DNA of 64,000 bases from the NCBI GenBank assembly GCA_030264375.1, contig JASCQW010000133.1, forward strand, positions 31,637,554 through 31,701,553, read 5' to 3'. Shown here in pieces: positions 51,560-63,990 of this stretch; position 1 is the first letter of the stretch; the number at the start of each line of letters is the position of its first letter. This DNA comes from Carcharhinus longimanus. Taxonomy: Eukaryota. The position numbers and the translations under genes are program-made. The notes under the pieces were generated by a model. The model saw nothing but the letters and a program-made list of their open reading frames with translations, was not told the DNA's origin and made no database searches.

Positions 51560-51980
51560 AACACACAAAGTAGGAGAAATAGGCCATTAGGCCCATTGAG
51601 CCTGCTCTCCACCATTCAATAAGATCGTGGCTAATCTGTTTGTGTGGAGATCCACATTCCCTCTTGATTCCCTTGCTTAACAAATATCCATCAACATCTA
51701 TGTCATAAAAATATTCAATCACCCCACTTCCACCACCTTCTGAGATAGAGAGTTCCAAAGTCACACAATCTTGGGAAAAAAATGGCAGGTGGGGGCAGAC
51801 AACAAAGGTCCGTTGACCTCAGATGGGATTTTCCGGTTTTGGGGCAAGCATGGGTAGAAAATTCCACCCATTCTCCTCATCTTTGTCCTAAACAGGTAGC
51901 CCCTAATTTTAGAACAATGTCCCCTGGTTCCAGACTCACCCACAAGAAGAAACATCCTTTCCACATCCACTTTGTCAAAA
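51560..51980 (-). mobile_element. CR1 3' fragment with small GC-rich MITE-like insert (~51775-51870)
   Basis: DKVDVERMFLLVGESGTRGHCSKIRG; CR1 tail. Confidence 0.65.
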
Positions 51981-53114
51981 TTGCAGAATGTGTTGCTCCT
52001 CATCACAACTGCTGCCTTCCTTGCACTCAGGTGGACTTTCAATTATATTTGGAAGCCTTGTCTTCACTCAATACTGAGAGGGTGATGATACCCTGCATGC
52101 CTGAGCTCGCCCCACAAGCAAACCCACTGACACCCGTGTCCAGTGGTCAAGAGCTCCCTAGCAGCCACTCATCCTCTTATTAGCCCAATATGTTTTCCTC
52201 TGGGATGGACATGACCAGCTGTCTGTTGTGTTGCTGCTCCACTATCTGACTCAATGTGTAGCTGCAACGTGTAGCTGCACACTCCCACCAGATTTTCAAC
52301 AGAGCTCTCTACGAGCTTTCAAGTTCTTTCACAATCTTAGCTGGACCTATTTGGGAATCAGGCAGATTTCCAAGACCAGCCTTCAGTTGAAGCTCAATGG
52401 GAAACATGGTACCACTTTTTTAAAAAATTGGAAACCCACGTACCCCTCCTCTGCTGGCGGAGAGAATGAGAGAGACTGGACTATGGGGAGAAAAATAGGG
52501 AGCCAAATGCAGCTGGGCAACACTGGACTGAAGCGGATTTTTTCCCCTCAAGCCAGATGGTAGTTTCCTAGTGGGATGGAGAGTGGGAGAGGCTAGAATA
52601 AAGGAAAGTGGATGGGAAAGAGCAGAAGGGATAGCGGTGGCACATTCCTTCCTGATGGAGAGGGGAACATGATGAAAGAAGAGTTGCACTGGATTAGGTA
52701 GAGTATGATATCCACCTCCACGGAGCTGACTTTCTTCAGCTGGGGTAAAGACTTTCTGTTCAACTATACAGTGGGCTGGGAGGGATGCGGTAGGTGCTTA
52801 GTGGAGAGAAGGTCTGAAGTGTGCTCTTAGCAGAGGGGTTGGGATTGGCAGTTACGAAGCTGCAGTCACAATTCATATTTTTAAATTTACAATTGAGTAA
52901 CCGAATTCCACTCCAGAAGCTGTCCCATTTGATTGGATGCTTCATCTTCACCTTTCCAAGAACAATGATGTCCATTGGCTATTTATTTGGGGCAGGGGTG
53001 GACCTCCCATCCTCAGCTGCTGCTAAGTTTTGTAATTTTCGCCATTTTCATTTTGCATCTCTCATCTTGAATACAAATTTTTTGATTTTCTGGTGAAACT
53101 AGGGAATTAGAGGC

Positions 53115-53580
53115 ATAGAGGTTTACAGTTTGGAAACAGCCCCTTTGGCCCAGCTTGCCCATGCCACCCAGTTTTTAAACTGCTAAGCCAGTGCCAATTG
53201 CCCACATTTGGCCTAAATTCCTCAATACCCATCTTACACAAGCAATTGTCTAAATGTTTTTTTAAAAGATAAAATTGTGCCCGCCTTTACCACTGCATCT
53301 GGCAGTTCATTCCAGTCACTCATCACCCTACATGGAAAAAATTGCCCCTCTGAATCCTTTTGTATCTCCCCCCTCACGTTAAACCTATGCCCTCTAGTTT
53401 TAGACTCCCCTATTTTTGGGAAAAATGTTGATTATCTAGCTGATCTATGCCCCTCATTATTTTATAGGCCTCCAAGATCACCCCTCAGCCTTCTACACGC
53501 CAGGGAAAAAAGTCCCAGATTATCCAGCCTCTGTTTATAACTCAAGCCATCAAATCCTGGTAAATCTTTTCTGCACCATT
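53115..53580 (-). mobile_element. CR1 3' fragment
   Basis: Antisense C-terminal ORF2 sequence (cctctagttttagactcccc; atcacccctcagccttctacac). Confidence 0.65.
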
Positions 53581-54241
53581 TCTTAATGGTTCTTGGATAT
53601 GGTCCTTTCACAACAAATGTTCTGAAAAAAGTTTATTTGCAACTGCAGATATATAGCTCTTGCAAAGCTACCAGCGCTACTTACATTAAGCGAGGAATTA
53701 ATTGTGATTACTCAGTCTTTAGGGTGGTCATATTTATATCACCACCTATTGGCATCTTGAGATGATTCACCATTTTTAATACATAATGGTATATCAAAAT
53801 AGAAGTCCAGTCTTGCTTTCAAAATACAACTCATTCTGGCTTTTCTTCAGACTTCACCATCACCCTATAATTTTAATTCTACAGCCAAAATCAGCCCACC
53901 ATTCCTTCCCCAACTTTTGGATGGTCTCAGTTGAATACCTAAGCAGGTGATCTGTGTTCCTGCTTTCTGCCATTTGCAACTTACATGATAGCGACCAGCC
54001 TGACTTCATTCCCTCAGGAAGCCTCCATCCATCTGTTCCTAATGACAGTACAGCCAAGGTTAGGCTATCAACAAGTGAGGAATCATGGGAACAAGCCAAT
54101 CTGAAATATTGTAACTCCTAACCTTACATTTTTAGAGAATCCTCGTCAATTGTTCAGGCAGCACCTTGGTATCAAGTGAATAAAGCTTGTAGGCAATCTA
54201 CCCAAAGCACTACGATTCTTCAACAGAATGCCTCGCTATAC

Positions 54242-54413
54242 CTTCTACCACTCGGAGAACCGATCCATCCTTCAGTCCTTCTATACTGGACAATTCCACA
54301 AAGTTATCCAGAATGTTGCCATCGTGCTGGAGAGAGAAGCAGGTCCGATGGCATGTGTCCTCCCGTTCCATCAGAACCTGGATAATCTCCTGGACCATCT
54401 CTTGAGCTGATAC
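54242..54413 (-). CDS. CLUH-like (clustered mitochondria protein) exon, CLU N-terminal domain
   Basis: [57 protein letters not shown] closely resembles vertebrate CLUH; cag/gt boundaries; orthologue versus paralogue unresolved. Confidence 0.88.
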
Positions 54414-55214
54414 CTGGAGAAAGGGCACAAGATGATTTGTGTCAAGTTGCATACAAAGTGTGAACCTTTACCAAATGGTCATAGAGCAAACCGTTTCAAA
54501 TAACTGGGCATTTATTATAGCAAATGAACACTCCAGGCATATTTTTTGTGTGATAATCTGAACGTTCAGTTCCTTTGAAACCTCCAAAATTAAATTGGCT
54601 GTGGGTTCTCCAAAGTGGCCTATTTTGTTGCTGAATCATCATCCATGACTTTACCATGTCTAATCCATTCATCTTCCCCAATCTTGATGAATATCACTTC
54701 ACCCAAAAGCTGACTGTTCACATCCAACTGTTCACCTAGACGAGCTCCGATATTGGCTGCTAATCTCACACTGCCTCAAATTTAAAATTCTCAAAATCTT
54801 TCTGTATCTTTGCCTCTTTCTATCTCTGCCAATTGTCCTTGTGCTCTTTTCTCCCAAGCAAACTCTCCATTCTTCTGGCCCTGGCATCATTTGTAGCTCT
54901 GTCTTCCCTTCATCTCACTAAAGAGAATGGTGCCTTCGTCATCTGGGCTTCATATTCTGGAAAAAAAATTTGCTCCAAACCTCTTCAATCAATCCTTCAG
55001 GATCCTTCTAACGCTCGCCCCTTTCACCAAACTCTGGGTCACCACTTCAAAAATATATCCTCTATTGTTCTGGATTAATTTCTCTTTTGATTAGATCTCC
55101 ATAAAGCACTTAGAAAAAGTTTTCTACACTCTACTGTAATAAAAGATTGCAGTTGTTGAGAGATGCTGTTAGGAAACCAAAATGCCAAAATGAGAAAACA
55201 GCTAATTAACCCAC

Positions 55215-55390
55215 TTGCAAGTCAATGGCGTCACTTCCGGCTGCATGGATCCTGATCTTAAGCGTGTTCAGAGTGGGATCGACCTCTGCAACACCATTTG
55301 TATGCACATCAGCAGCAGCAATTGGACTATTCACTGGCAGAGTCCTCTCAGAGCTTTTACCATTGGATAGAGCTTTAGTGCTCTCAGGAT
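55215..55390 (-). CDS. CLUH-like preceding exon
   Basis: PESTKALSNGK...TLKIRIHAAGSDAIDLQ splices in frame to VSAQEM (compare CLUH FSVKILAPGIEPFSLQ|VSPQEM); ctgcag/gtggg boundaries. Confidence 0.78.
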
Positions 55391-55703
55391 CTGCAGAGAA
55401 TGAAACATAAACTCTAAAGGAACAAAGCTTGAGAATTGTGACCAGTAAATTTTAATGTAAATGACTGCACACCATAACAGAAACCATGAAGCATGAATAC
55501 ATAATACAAAGCTGCTATTCAGAGACATAAGAACATAAGAAATAGGAGGAGTAGGCCATCTAGCCCTTTGAGCCTGCCCCGCCATTCAATAAGATCATGG
55601 CTNNNNNNNNNNNNNNNNNNNNNNNNNNNNNNNNNNNNNNNNNNNNNNNNNNNNNNNNNNNNNNNNNNNNNNNNNNNNNNNNNNNNNNNNNNNNNNNNNN
55701 NNG

Positions 55704-56540
55704 CAGATCGACTTCAGAGGCCCCCGACCCACTCGCCGAGGGAAGAAATATTGTTTAGTCTTAATCGATCAATTCACCCGCTGGGTGGAAGCATTCCCAA
55801 CTCGGGATTGCGAAGCGGTCACCGTGGCCCGCATCTTAGCATACGAGATCATCCCGAGACGGGGAGTCCTGCTGCAACTGGATTCCGACCAAGGGACACA
55901 CTTTACGGGCAAAATAATGAAACAGGCTTACAAAACCCTGGGAATCCGACAGTGATCCCATATCCCGTACCGCCTTCAGAGTTCTGGGATCGTCAACGGA
56001 ATGAACCGCACACTGAAAAATGCGATTGCAAAGTCAATCGCAGAGACAGGTCAGGGGTGGGTAGATGTCCTTCCCTACATCTTAATACGCCTACGAACCA
56101 CCCCAGGTCACACCACAGGACTCACATCATTCGAATTAATGACGTGGAAGGCAATGAGACTCCCAGAAAATACAGCAGTAGAAGGAGAAAAGATGGCACC
56201 CCTTCGGGATAAAATGAAAAGGTATGTGCAACAGTTAGACCACTAACTCAGAGAGTTGCACCACGCAGCCGGAGACCAACAAGCTATAAGGGACCAGGCT
56301 AGGAAGCAGGACATCAGCCACACCACCAGACTTCCCTGAGTAGGGGACAAAGTCCTAATCCGAGTGGCTCCCGACCAAACAGGATTTTCACCAAAGTGGA
56401 TAGGACCCCATGAGATTATCCTCAGCAGCGACACATGTGCCTGTGTCGATATCAAAAAGAAAGGCCGCTGGAAATACTGGTCTCAGTTAAAGGCATACCA
56501 CCCCCCGGGAAGGAGGGAAGGGGTGCGGGGGGTGGGGTAG
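55704..56540 (+). pseudogene. pol: Endogenous retrovirus pol integrase (core and C-terminal region) with in-frame stops
   Basis: QIDF...YCLVLIDQFTRWVEAFPT...EIIPR...DSDQGTHFTG...QSSGIVNGMNRTLK...WVDVLP...GLTSFELM...SPKWIGPHEII...WSQLK; 5' part lost in gap. Confidence 0.92.
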
Positions 56541-56827
56541 GGAGGGTGGGAGGGGGTAGGGGGAAGACAGGACAGGCCGACGGCAGGGACGAGGATAATC
56601 CGAGGATACATAACAGGCCACTCAACGACCCCTAACTAACCACCCTTGTCCACACAGCGGAGGCCGAGCTAACAACCTTCATTTCTAGCACAGAGGAGAG
56701 CCACATGTCAAACATGGCTCCGATATTTGTATGTATGTATATAGATGTGTGTGCATGCTTAAGTAAACTAGTTAAAATATAGTTAATACTGAGATCGTAA
56801 TATCTGGCGGCCACCAGGCTTTGTGTA

Positions 56828-56848
56828 CCCTCCCCACCCCCTCTCCAG
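56828..56848 (+). promoter_or_regulatory. Probable env splice acceptor
   Basis: Pyrimidine tract ccctccccaccccctctcCAG, 13 nt before the env ATG at 56862. Confidence 0.55.
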
Positions 56849-56861
56849 GGCCACCTGGAGA

Positions 56862-58925
56862 ATGATCCTCATTGCGATCTTCTTGACGAGTGTCGCCTTC
56901 CGGGGGCACAGCATCTATCAACAATCCCACCGAATAATGTTCAAAACGTCCGAGGCGTTGTGCGCGCCGGCGGCACCATGCCCCGAGAACAACAGAATGC
57001 ACTCAAATGCATGGTTACAGGTCCATCCAGGCATCGATGTGATCTGCTTCACTTGCACACTAGATATGCTCCGAACATGCATCCAAAGGCCAGACTCGCT
57101 GAGCGACCCTGGCTGCAGTTTCTGGGCCATCTGTGCCCTCCCTGAAAATCCGCAGATCCCACTGCAAAGGGACATTCTCAAACCGGACATTGATACTTGT
57201 GGATATTACGGACTAGTTGAGGCTCCAGTAGTCTCACTATATGTATGTTTTGCACTTCCTATAACGCGGACCCCCACGACCACAACACGCGAAATCTTAC
57301 CCTGCCCCTTACTGAGCGGGGGGTTTCGGGGGTGGGGGGGCGGAGAGAGGACTGGTGATCGTGCCTGTTCTGATCGATATCTCAGGGATCCAGGTGCCGG
57401 GATACTGTTCAGAACAGACACGAGACATGTACCAAATGCTGGGCAGGGAAACCATAAAGCGGGCTATAGATGCGATGGGAGCAACACACTATAGAGGCAA
57501 CACAAGCACACACACACACGCACACAGAAACAATGGGGGTATAGTCAATGACATCCTCACAGGAATAAACACCGGATCCACCGTAGTCAACTCAATTTTC
57601 ATCCAGGGCCTCAATAATAAGATCGAACAATTAAAGGGAATGATGAAAGATATTCTGCAACGGTCACTAGACCAACAGGCGGAGAAGGCGCTTTTAGGGG
57701 AGAAGGGCGCCCATGTCCAACGTGATGGAATCACAATATTAGAAACGCACACCCGTACCATTAACCGCCTCATAGATAGAGAGAGGGAAAACACAGCCCG
57801 GGTACAACAGGGACAGCTGTGCCGTGCATACGGTCAGTGGATGATAGGCCCATTGAGGCATAATTTGGACGAGGTACACAGGGGGGAGGTGCCCGATTGG
57901 ATTGACAGCACCCAGCTAGCACAACTCGCAGATCAGAAAGTGGGTGCTGGATAACGGACCTTGAAAGGAATGACACGGGTTTATCCAGTGATCCCGGACT
58001 ACGAGGTTAGCGAGAGTACGGGAGTAGGGATTGTCCTATTGATTCCGATAGTTACACCAGACTCGGGACCATTCCCTATATTCCAGATTGAGAACATTGG
58101 TGTGATTAAAGGCAATACCTCCCTCCGCTACTACATAACCGAAGTCACGGCCTCTCGAGGCATGTCGTGAAGTTCAGTACCTCCCTCTCGGGATGCAATC
58201 AAAGGGGAGAGGTAACCATTTTCCCTCACCCACTGACACAAGGAGAGGTAGCTGAATGTGGGTTCAATCAAACACAGGGCTGTACTCTACAAATCATACC
58301 GACAGACCCACACTTTGCCTGGGCAGGATATGGAGGACGAAACGGGTACTGCGTAGCCACAACAAATTAATCCTTTGCATATAACGGGCTGACATGTCCG
58401 ATCCCCAGCCCAAACTTTTACTTCACCCCTGGCAGACCAGTCACTATTGGCCAGGTCCACAGCACCAACATTCGAACTCGGCAGACCCTGACACTTAATG
58501 CCACGGACCCACTGAGAAATGACCTCAATTATTACCGAGAGCCAGAACAGGCTCCCATCCTACACCTAGCCGAAGTACTGAGAGAGCTCCGTCTCAAAGT
58601 GGGACACACCGTTCGGCTGTACCACCAGTTACAATCACACATCAAGACCCTAGAGCATGACACAGAGTCAGACTTACAGAGCCAAACATGGGCACAGAGG
58701 GTATGGGACTGGGGCCTAAATGTGGACTTTCACCCCTCGATCCGGATATTCTCACACATACTGGTTGCCACCCAACTCATACTCGCAATATCTTGGGGAA
58801 TAGTGATGTGCTATACATACCGCCAGCGCAAGGAAACTAAAACACGGAGGAAACTAATCAGAATGATTGGCGATGTGGGGCAACTAACAAATCGGGAGGA
58901 CTTCTCCCGCATACACCTAGTTTGA
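56862..58925 (+). pseudogene. env: Endogenous retrovirus env, ~690 codons, with stops and frameshifts
   Basis: Signal peptide MILIAIFLTSVAF; fusion-peptide/heptad segment GIVNDILTGINTGSTVVNSIFIQGLNNKIEQLK; Cys-rich region; TM IFSHILVATQLILAISWGIVMCYTY followed by RQRK; lies between integrase and LTR. Confidence 0.85.
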
Positions 58926-59055
58926 CAAACCTCGGGGGTCCCCTAAACTGCACGACTTCAGCGTGCAAATGCAGGGAGCACCTGACACAAAATGTGTTAA
59001 AGAAATCGGTCTGAGGGAGGCGGAACAAGTCCGCTCCCGACCGACAGCGGGGAAC

Positions 59056-59708
59056 TGTTATCGGACAACAAATTGTATGAAATTGGGTACACAATATGGA
59101 AGCAGATTAAAGCTGCACTCAGAGCCTCCTCACTAAAGATCACAAGGGAACAGATCCAGACAAACAGGCAAAAGGCATGTTTTTAAACTGCAAACTTGGC
59201 CTAGCACACAAAGGGAACCAGACAGGATGGCACCAACAGGAACTAAATTAAAAGTACACCACCATCTCATCAAATCAGCACATCTAATCAAGTAAACCTC
59301 TATGGAGACACTTAAAGATTAACATAACTAGGGAAGCCTCCCTGGCCTCACAGACTTCCTAAAATCAGCCAAACACCCATTGCTCAAACCCCTGAGATTC
59401 TAGACCATTGATAAACCCATCAGACAGAAACGATTAACACACACTTAAAAACATTGTTACGTTACTTGAAAACATCGAAACAGAATGCTCAGAGTCAAAC
59501 ACTGTAAATAAAACATTAACATTTGAACCATACAATGTGTCAAAGCTTGAGTGTAACTCTAGCCCATTGTGGCGGGCCTTCAGAGTGCTATCAGGACATT
59601 CTGTATGTATGTCCTGACTGCACCTCCGTCGACGTTAAAATAAAGCTGTACCGCTGTTGAACCTGACTCTGAGTCCGTAGTGGTCGTGCCCGCCCACTCG
59701 CGCTAACA
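59056..59708 (+). mobile_element. 3' LTR of the endogenous retrovirus
   Basis: Starts TGTTA, ends TAACA; preceded by purine-rich agcggggaac; AATAAA at 59639-59644. Confidence 0.8.
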
Positions 59709-59894
59709 CACACTTTTGTAGCTGTACTGGAACAGATGTGTTAGTCGTGCGCCAAATTAAGGAGTGTTCGCAGTCAGAACTATTACTGAAATGTTATCAG
59801 TCTCCATCGGCTTTCTAGGATACAGATTGTCCAGCTGTTCCTATACATTCCGTGGAGTCAAGCGAATTGGCTAAATACTGATATCAGAACATAT

Positions 59895-61260
59895 ATGCAT
59901 AAGATATAGGATCATAGTTAGGCCATTCGGCCCTTCGAGACTTTTCCATTCAATAATGGATGGTGATTTCTCAAGACTATTCTCATTTTTCCCCCCTCAA
60001 TCCTTGATTCTTTCACCAAGCAAGAACGTGTCTGTCTCTGTCTTATATGCACTCAATGTTCTGGCCTCCAAAGCCTTTTCTGGCAATGAATTCCAAAGAT
60101 TCACGATCCTCTCGCTGCATAAATTGTTTTTCATCTCTGTTCTAATTGCCGTCCCTTTGGTCTGAGGCTCTTACTGAAAACCCCAATGTCTTTGACTAAT
60201 GGAAACATCTTCTGCATGTCACCCAAACCAGGCCTGTCGCTATACTATGCGTTTAAATGTGATTCCAACCCCGCCCCCCACCCCACCCCACCCCCCGCCC
60301 CATCACCACCACCACTACCACTAGACTCCATCGAAGTCGTCTTCCTAGATCAAGCTTTTCATTCCTAGCATCATTCTGGGGAGCCTATGGTGTGTTCTTT
60401 CCAAGGCCGGCACGTATTTCCCTAGATATGAGATGCAAAATTGCTCACAATACTTTAAGTGTGTTTCACCAGACACTTACAATTCCTCAGCAGTACAGCT
60501 GTATTTATGTGCCAGTACTCTCGAAACTAATGCATTCGCCTTCCATATACCAAGCCTATCTGCAGTTTAACCTTAAGGGAATCCTGAGCAATAGTCCCAA
60601 CTCTCCTCGCACTTCTGAATACTGAATTCTGTCCCAACTGATAAAATGGTCTATGTTTCCAATCTTTGTACCATGTGCACAACTTCATATGTTTCCACAT
60701 TTTATTCCATTTAACACTGCTTTGTTGACTCTCCTAACCTGTGCATGCCTTTCTGCAGTGCCCACATCTTGTCAATGCCACCTGTTTTCATCTGTTTTTG
60801 CATCATCTGTAAACCTAGCCAAAATGCCGCAAGGACCTTCATCGAGCTCATTACTGTATAGAGTGAAAAGTTGTGGTCTCAACACAGACCCCTGTAGAAA
60901 TCCACTAGTCACCAGCTACAATTGAGAAAAGTACTGCTTTATCTACACTCGTTGTCCTTTACATTTCTGCCAATCTTCCAAACATGCTGGTACATTGATT
61001 CTCACACCACGAACTCTTACCTTACTTAGCAGTCTTTTGTACGGCACATTGTCAATGATTTTCTGGATATCTAAGCAGATAATATTGGCTCTCCTTTGTG
61101 TCACCCACTCTATACCTCCTCAGATAATTCTAAAAGATTTGCCAGTCATGAAGTTCTCTGATGAAAACTTACTGAATTCGGCCAATTTTACCATGCAGTT
61201 CAACCTATCCTGAATCTCATCCTTAAAAATGGATTTTAGAATCTTAACATCGACGAAGAA
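59895..61260 (-). mobile_element. Old degenerate CR1 LINE
   Basis: CR1 tail at left end and antisense RT remnants. Confidence 0.65.
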
Positions 61261-61351
61261 AATAATAAACGACTTGTGAGTTGCCGTTATTTCCTCCCTC
61301 CCTTCTTAAACAGGCGTGTGCCATTACTAATTTTTTCAGTGTTCTGAGATG

Positions 61352-62690
61352 TAAGAACATAAGAACTAGGAGCAGGAATAAGCCATTTGGCACCTTGAGC
61401 CTGCTTGTCCATTCAACACGATCATGGCTGAACTTTTCGTGGACTCACCTCCACTTATCCACCCACTCACCATTGTTCTTAATGCCTTTACTGTCCAGCC
61501 ACAACTGCTTCACTAAGCAAGGAATTCCACAGATTTGGAACCCTTTGTGTGAAGAAGTTCCTCCTCTGTCCTAGATCTGCGATCTTTATTTTGAGGCCAT
61601 GCCCCCGAGTTCTAGCTTTGCTTACCAGTGGAAACAACTTCCCTGCTTCTATCTTATCTATTCCCTTCATAATCTTATATGTGTTTTTTTTATGTATAGG
61701 ATTCCCCCCTCATTCTTCTGAATTCCAATGAGTATAGCGCAGCCTGCTTAGTCTCCCCTCATAATCCAACCCTCTCAACTGCTGAATCAACCTAGTGAAT
61801 TTCTTCTGCAGCCCCTTCAATGCAAGTATATCCTTTATCAAGTAAGCAGACCAAAACAGTACACAGTACCCTAGGTGTGGCCTCACCAGCACCTTACACA
61901 GCTGCAACATTAACTCATTGTTTTAAAATCCATCCCTCTAGCAATGAAGAACAAAATTCAATTTGCCTTCTCAATTTCCTGCTGCGTCTGAAAACCAACG
62001 TTTTGTGATTCTTGCACAAGGACACTCAAGTCCCTCTGCAAAGCAGCATGTTGCATTTTTTTTTTGTCATTTAAATAGTAGTCCATTTTGCTATTATTCC
62101 TAACAAAATGGATGGCCTCACATTTACCAACATTGTACTCCATCTGCCACACCCTTGCCCACTCACTTAGACGATTTATATCTATTTGCAGACTTACAGC
62201 GTCCTCTGTACATTTTGCTCCACTCCGCATCTCAGTGCCATCTGTCAATTTTGACACACTACATTTGGTCCCCAACTCCAAATCATCGATGTAAATCGTA
62301 AATAATTGCACTCCCAGCGCTGATCCCTAAGGCACACCACTAGTCACTGATTACCAAACAGAACAAGACCCGTTTATCCCACTCGTGCTCTCTGTTAGTT
62401 AACCAATCCTCTGTCCACGGTAAGACGTTGCCCCTAACACCGTGCACTTTTGTCTTATGCAGCAGTCTTTGGTGCAGCGCCTTGTCAAATGATTTCTGGA
62501 AATCCAGATACACCATATCAACAGGTTTCCCATTGTCCACTGCACATGCAATGTTCACATAGAATTCCACTAAATTAGTCAAACATGACCTGCCCTGCAT
62601 GAACCCATGCTGCGTCTTACCAATCGGACAATTTATATCCAGATGTCTCGCTATTTCTTTCTTGATGATAGATTCAAGCATGATAGATTT
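61352..62690 (-). mobile_element. CR1 LINE RT region to 3' tail
   Basis: QHGFMQGRSCLTNLVEF, VYLDFQKSFDK, QLFTIYIDDL, LVRPHLGYCVLFWS, RNFFTQRVPNLWNSL. Confidence 0.92.
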
Positions 62691-62759
62691 TACCTTCTCA
62701 TGTTCCATCTGTATTTTAAATTCAAACATACTGTGATCTCTTCTTCCAAAATGATCCCA

Positions 62760-63125
62760 ACTGAAAGATAATTATCTATTCCTGATGAATAAATCACCGA
62801 GATGAGACGGACTACATCCCAGAGTTCTGAAGGACATAGGTGAAGAGATAGAGGAGGTATTTGTGGTGATCTTACGAGATTCACAGAAGTTATGCAGTTT
62901 CTCTGGGTGACCACCAGACAGTGGAAGAGAGATAGACAGGAAGTGCAGAAATCTCCGGCGGTCATTTCCCTGCAAGTCAGATCTGCCGCTTTGGATACTG
63001 TTGGGGGGACTGACCGCTCCAGAGAGAGCACCAGCAGCCAAACGCTACCAAACTCCACCACAGCTGGTTCCGTTGCAGAGGGAAGGGATAAAAATTCCAC
63101 CTCGGCCCCCATGACTCTCTTGTAG
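62760..63125 (+). mobile_element. CR1 ORF1-like fragment in opposite orientation
   Basis: WVTTRQWKRDRQEVQKSPAVISLQVRSAALDTVGG resembles elasmobranch CR1 ORF1. Confidence 0.5.
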
Positions 63126-63129
63126 TTTT

Positions 63130-63990
63130 GGTATGCTCCTGGTGATTTTCACTTTACGACTGACGTGCTTTGCTTATTCAGTTCCTGCACTTTTCCTTTG
63201 TTCCCCAAAATTACCTCTCCTGCATCAGTTTCCAGCAGTCCAATGTCCACTTTTACTTCTCACTTACCTTCCATAGATACATAAAAAGAAACTCTTGCCC
63301 TCTTCACTTATATTCCTTTCCAGCTTCCCTTTATATTTCAGGACTCCCTCCACCACACCCCCAATACACCTCCTAGCCCCCCGCACCCACCCCGCCGCCC
63401 CACACATTTATTTTTAGTTGTCCTCTGTTGATCATGAACAGATTACAAACACCCTGGCTTCCTACTACTGTGCGCTAATTTCTGCGTTTTATTTAGCTTT
63501 TTGTTGTCGTTGACATTCCCCGTCAGCCAGATTTTGTCATCCTCCCCTTAATAAGCTTCTAAATTCTTGGGATGAAATTTTGTCGTGTCTTCTCAGTTAC
63601 TCCTAGAAATCCTGCCTTTACATCGTCTTCCTGTTAGGCTTCTCTCCCGATCAACTCTGACAATTACTCCGTCAAGTCTTTACAACTGTCTTTACACAAG
63701 AGTAATCTTGTATCTGATTCCAGCTTCCCTTTTCAAAGTCAAGTTTATTTTCATAATATTACAATTACTGAATCCCAAGCGTTCCATAATCTTAAGCTCC
63801 CTTATCAAATTTGCCTCATTACAAATCAGCAACTTCATAATTGTGTTTTCCGTAATATACCCCACTACACCCCGCTCCAAAAAAAAAACTCGTGGACATT
63901 CCATGAATTCCTCTTCTTCGGATCCACTAACAGCCTAATTGTTCCAGCGCACCGGTATTTTTAAGTACCCTTGTATTTCTACACACATTT
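63130..63990 (-). mobile_element. Degenerate CR1 ORF2 (endonuclease-RT linker)
   Basis: ICNEANLIRELKIMERLGFSNCNIMKINL resembles the CR1 endonuclease C-terminal LGxSDHN region. Confidence 0.55.

Noticed and set aside
53860-54099. 79-aa minus ORF as the next CLUH exon
   Set aside because: Wrong phase for the upstream donor and no similarity to the expected EPYTVREAR sequence.
55568-56212. 214-aa ORF as a retroviral accessory gene
   Set aside because: It starts in a CR1 tail, crosses the N gap and is an alternative frame over the integrase.
56862-58925. Domesticated syncytin-like env
   Set aside because: At least two frameshifts, two in-frame stops and a degraded cleavage site; this copy is not intact.
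59703-59755. Possible primer-binding site or second LTR end after the LTR (tgtgttagtcgtgcgcca)
   Set aside because: Only an 8-bp inverted match to the LTR end and no convincing tRNA 3' complement; may be chance.
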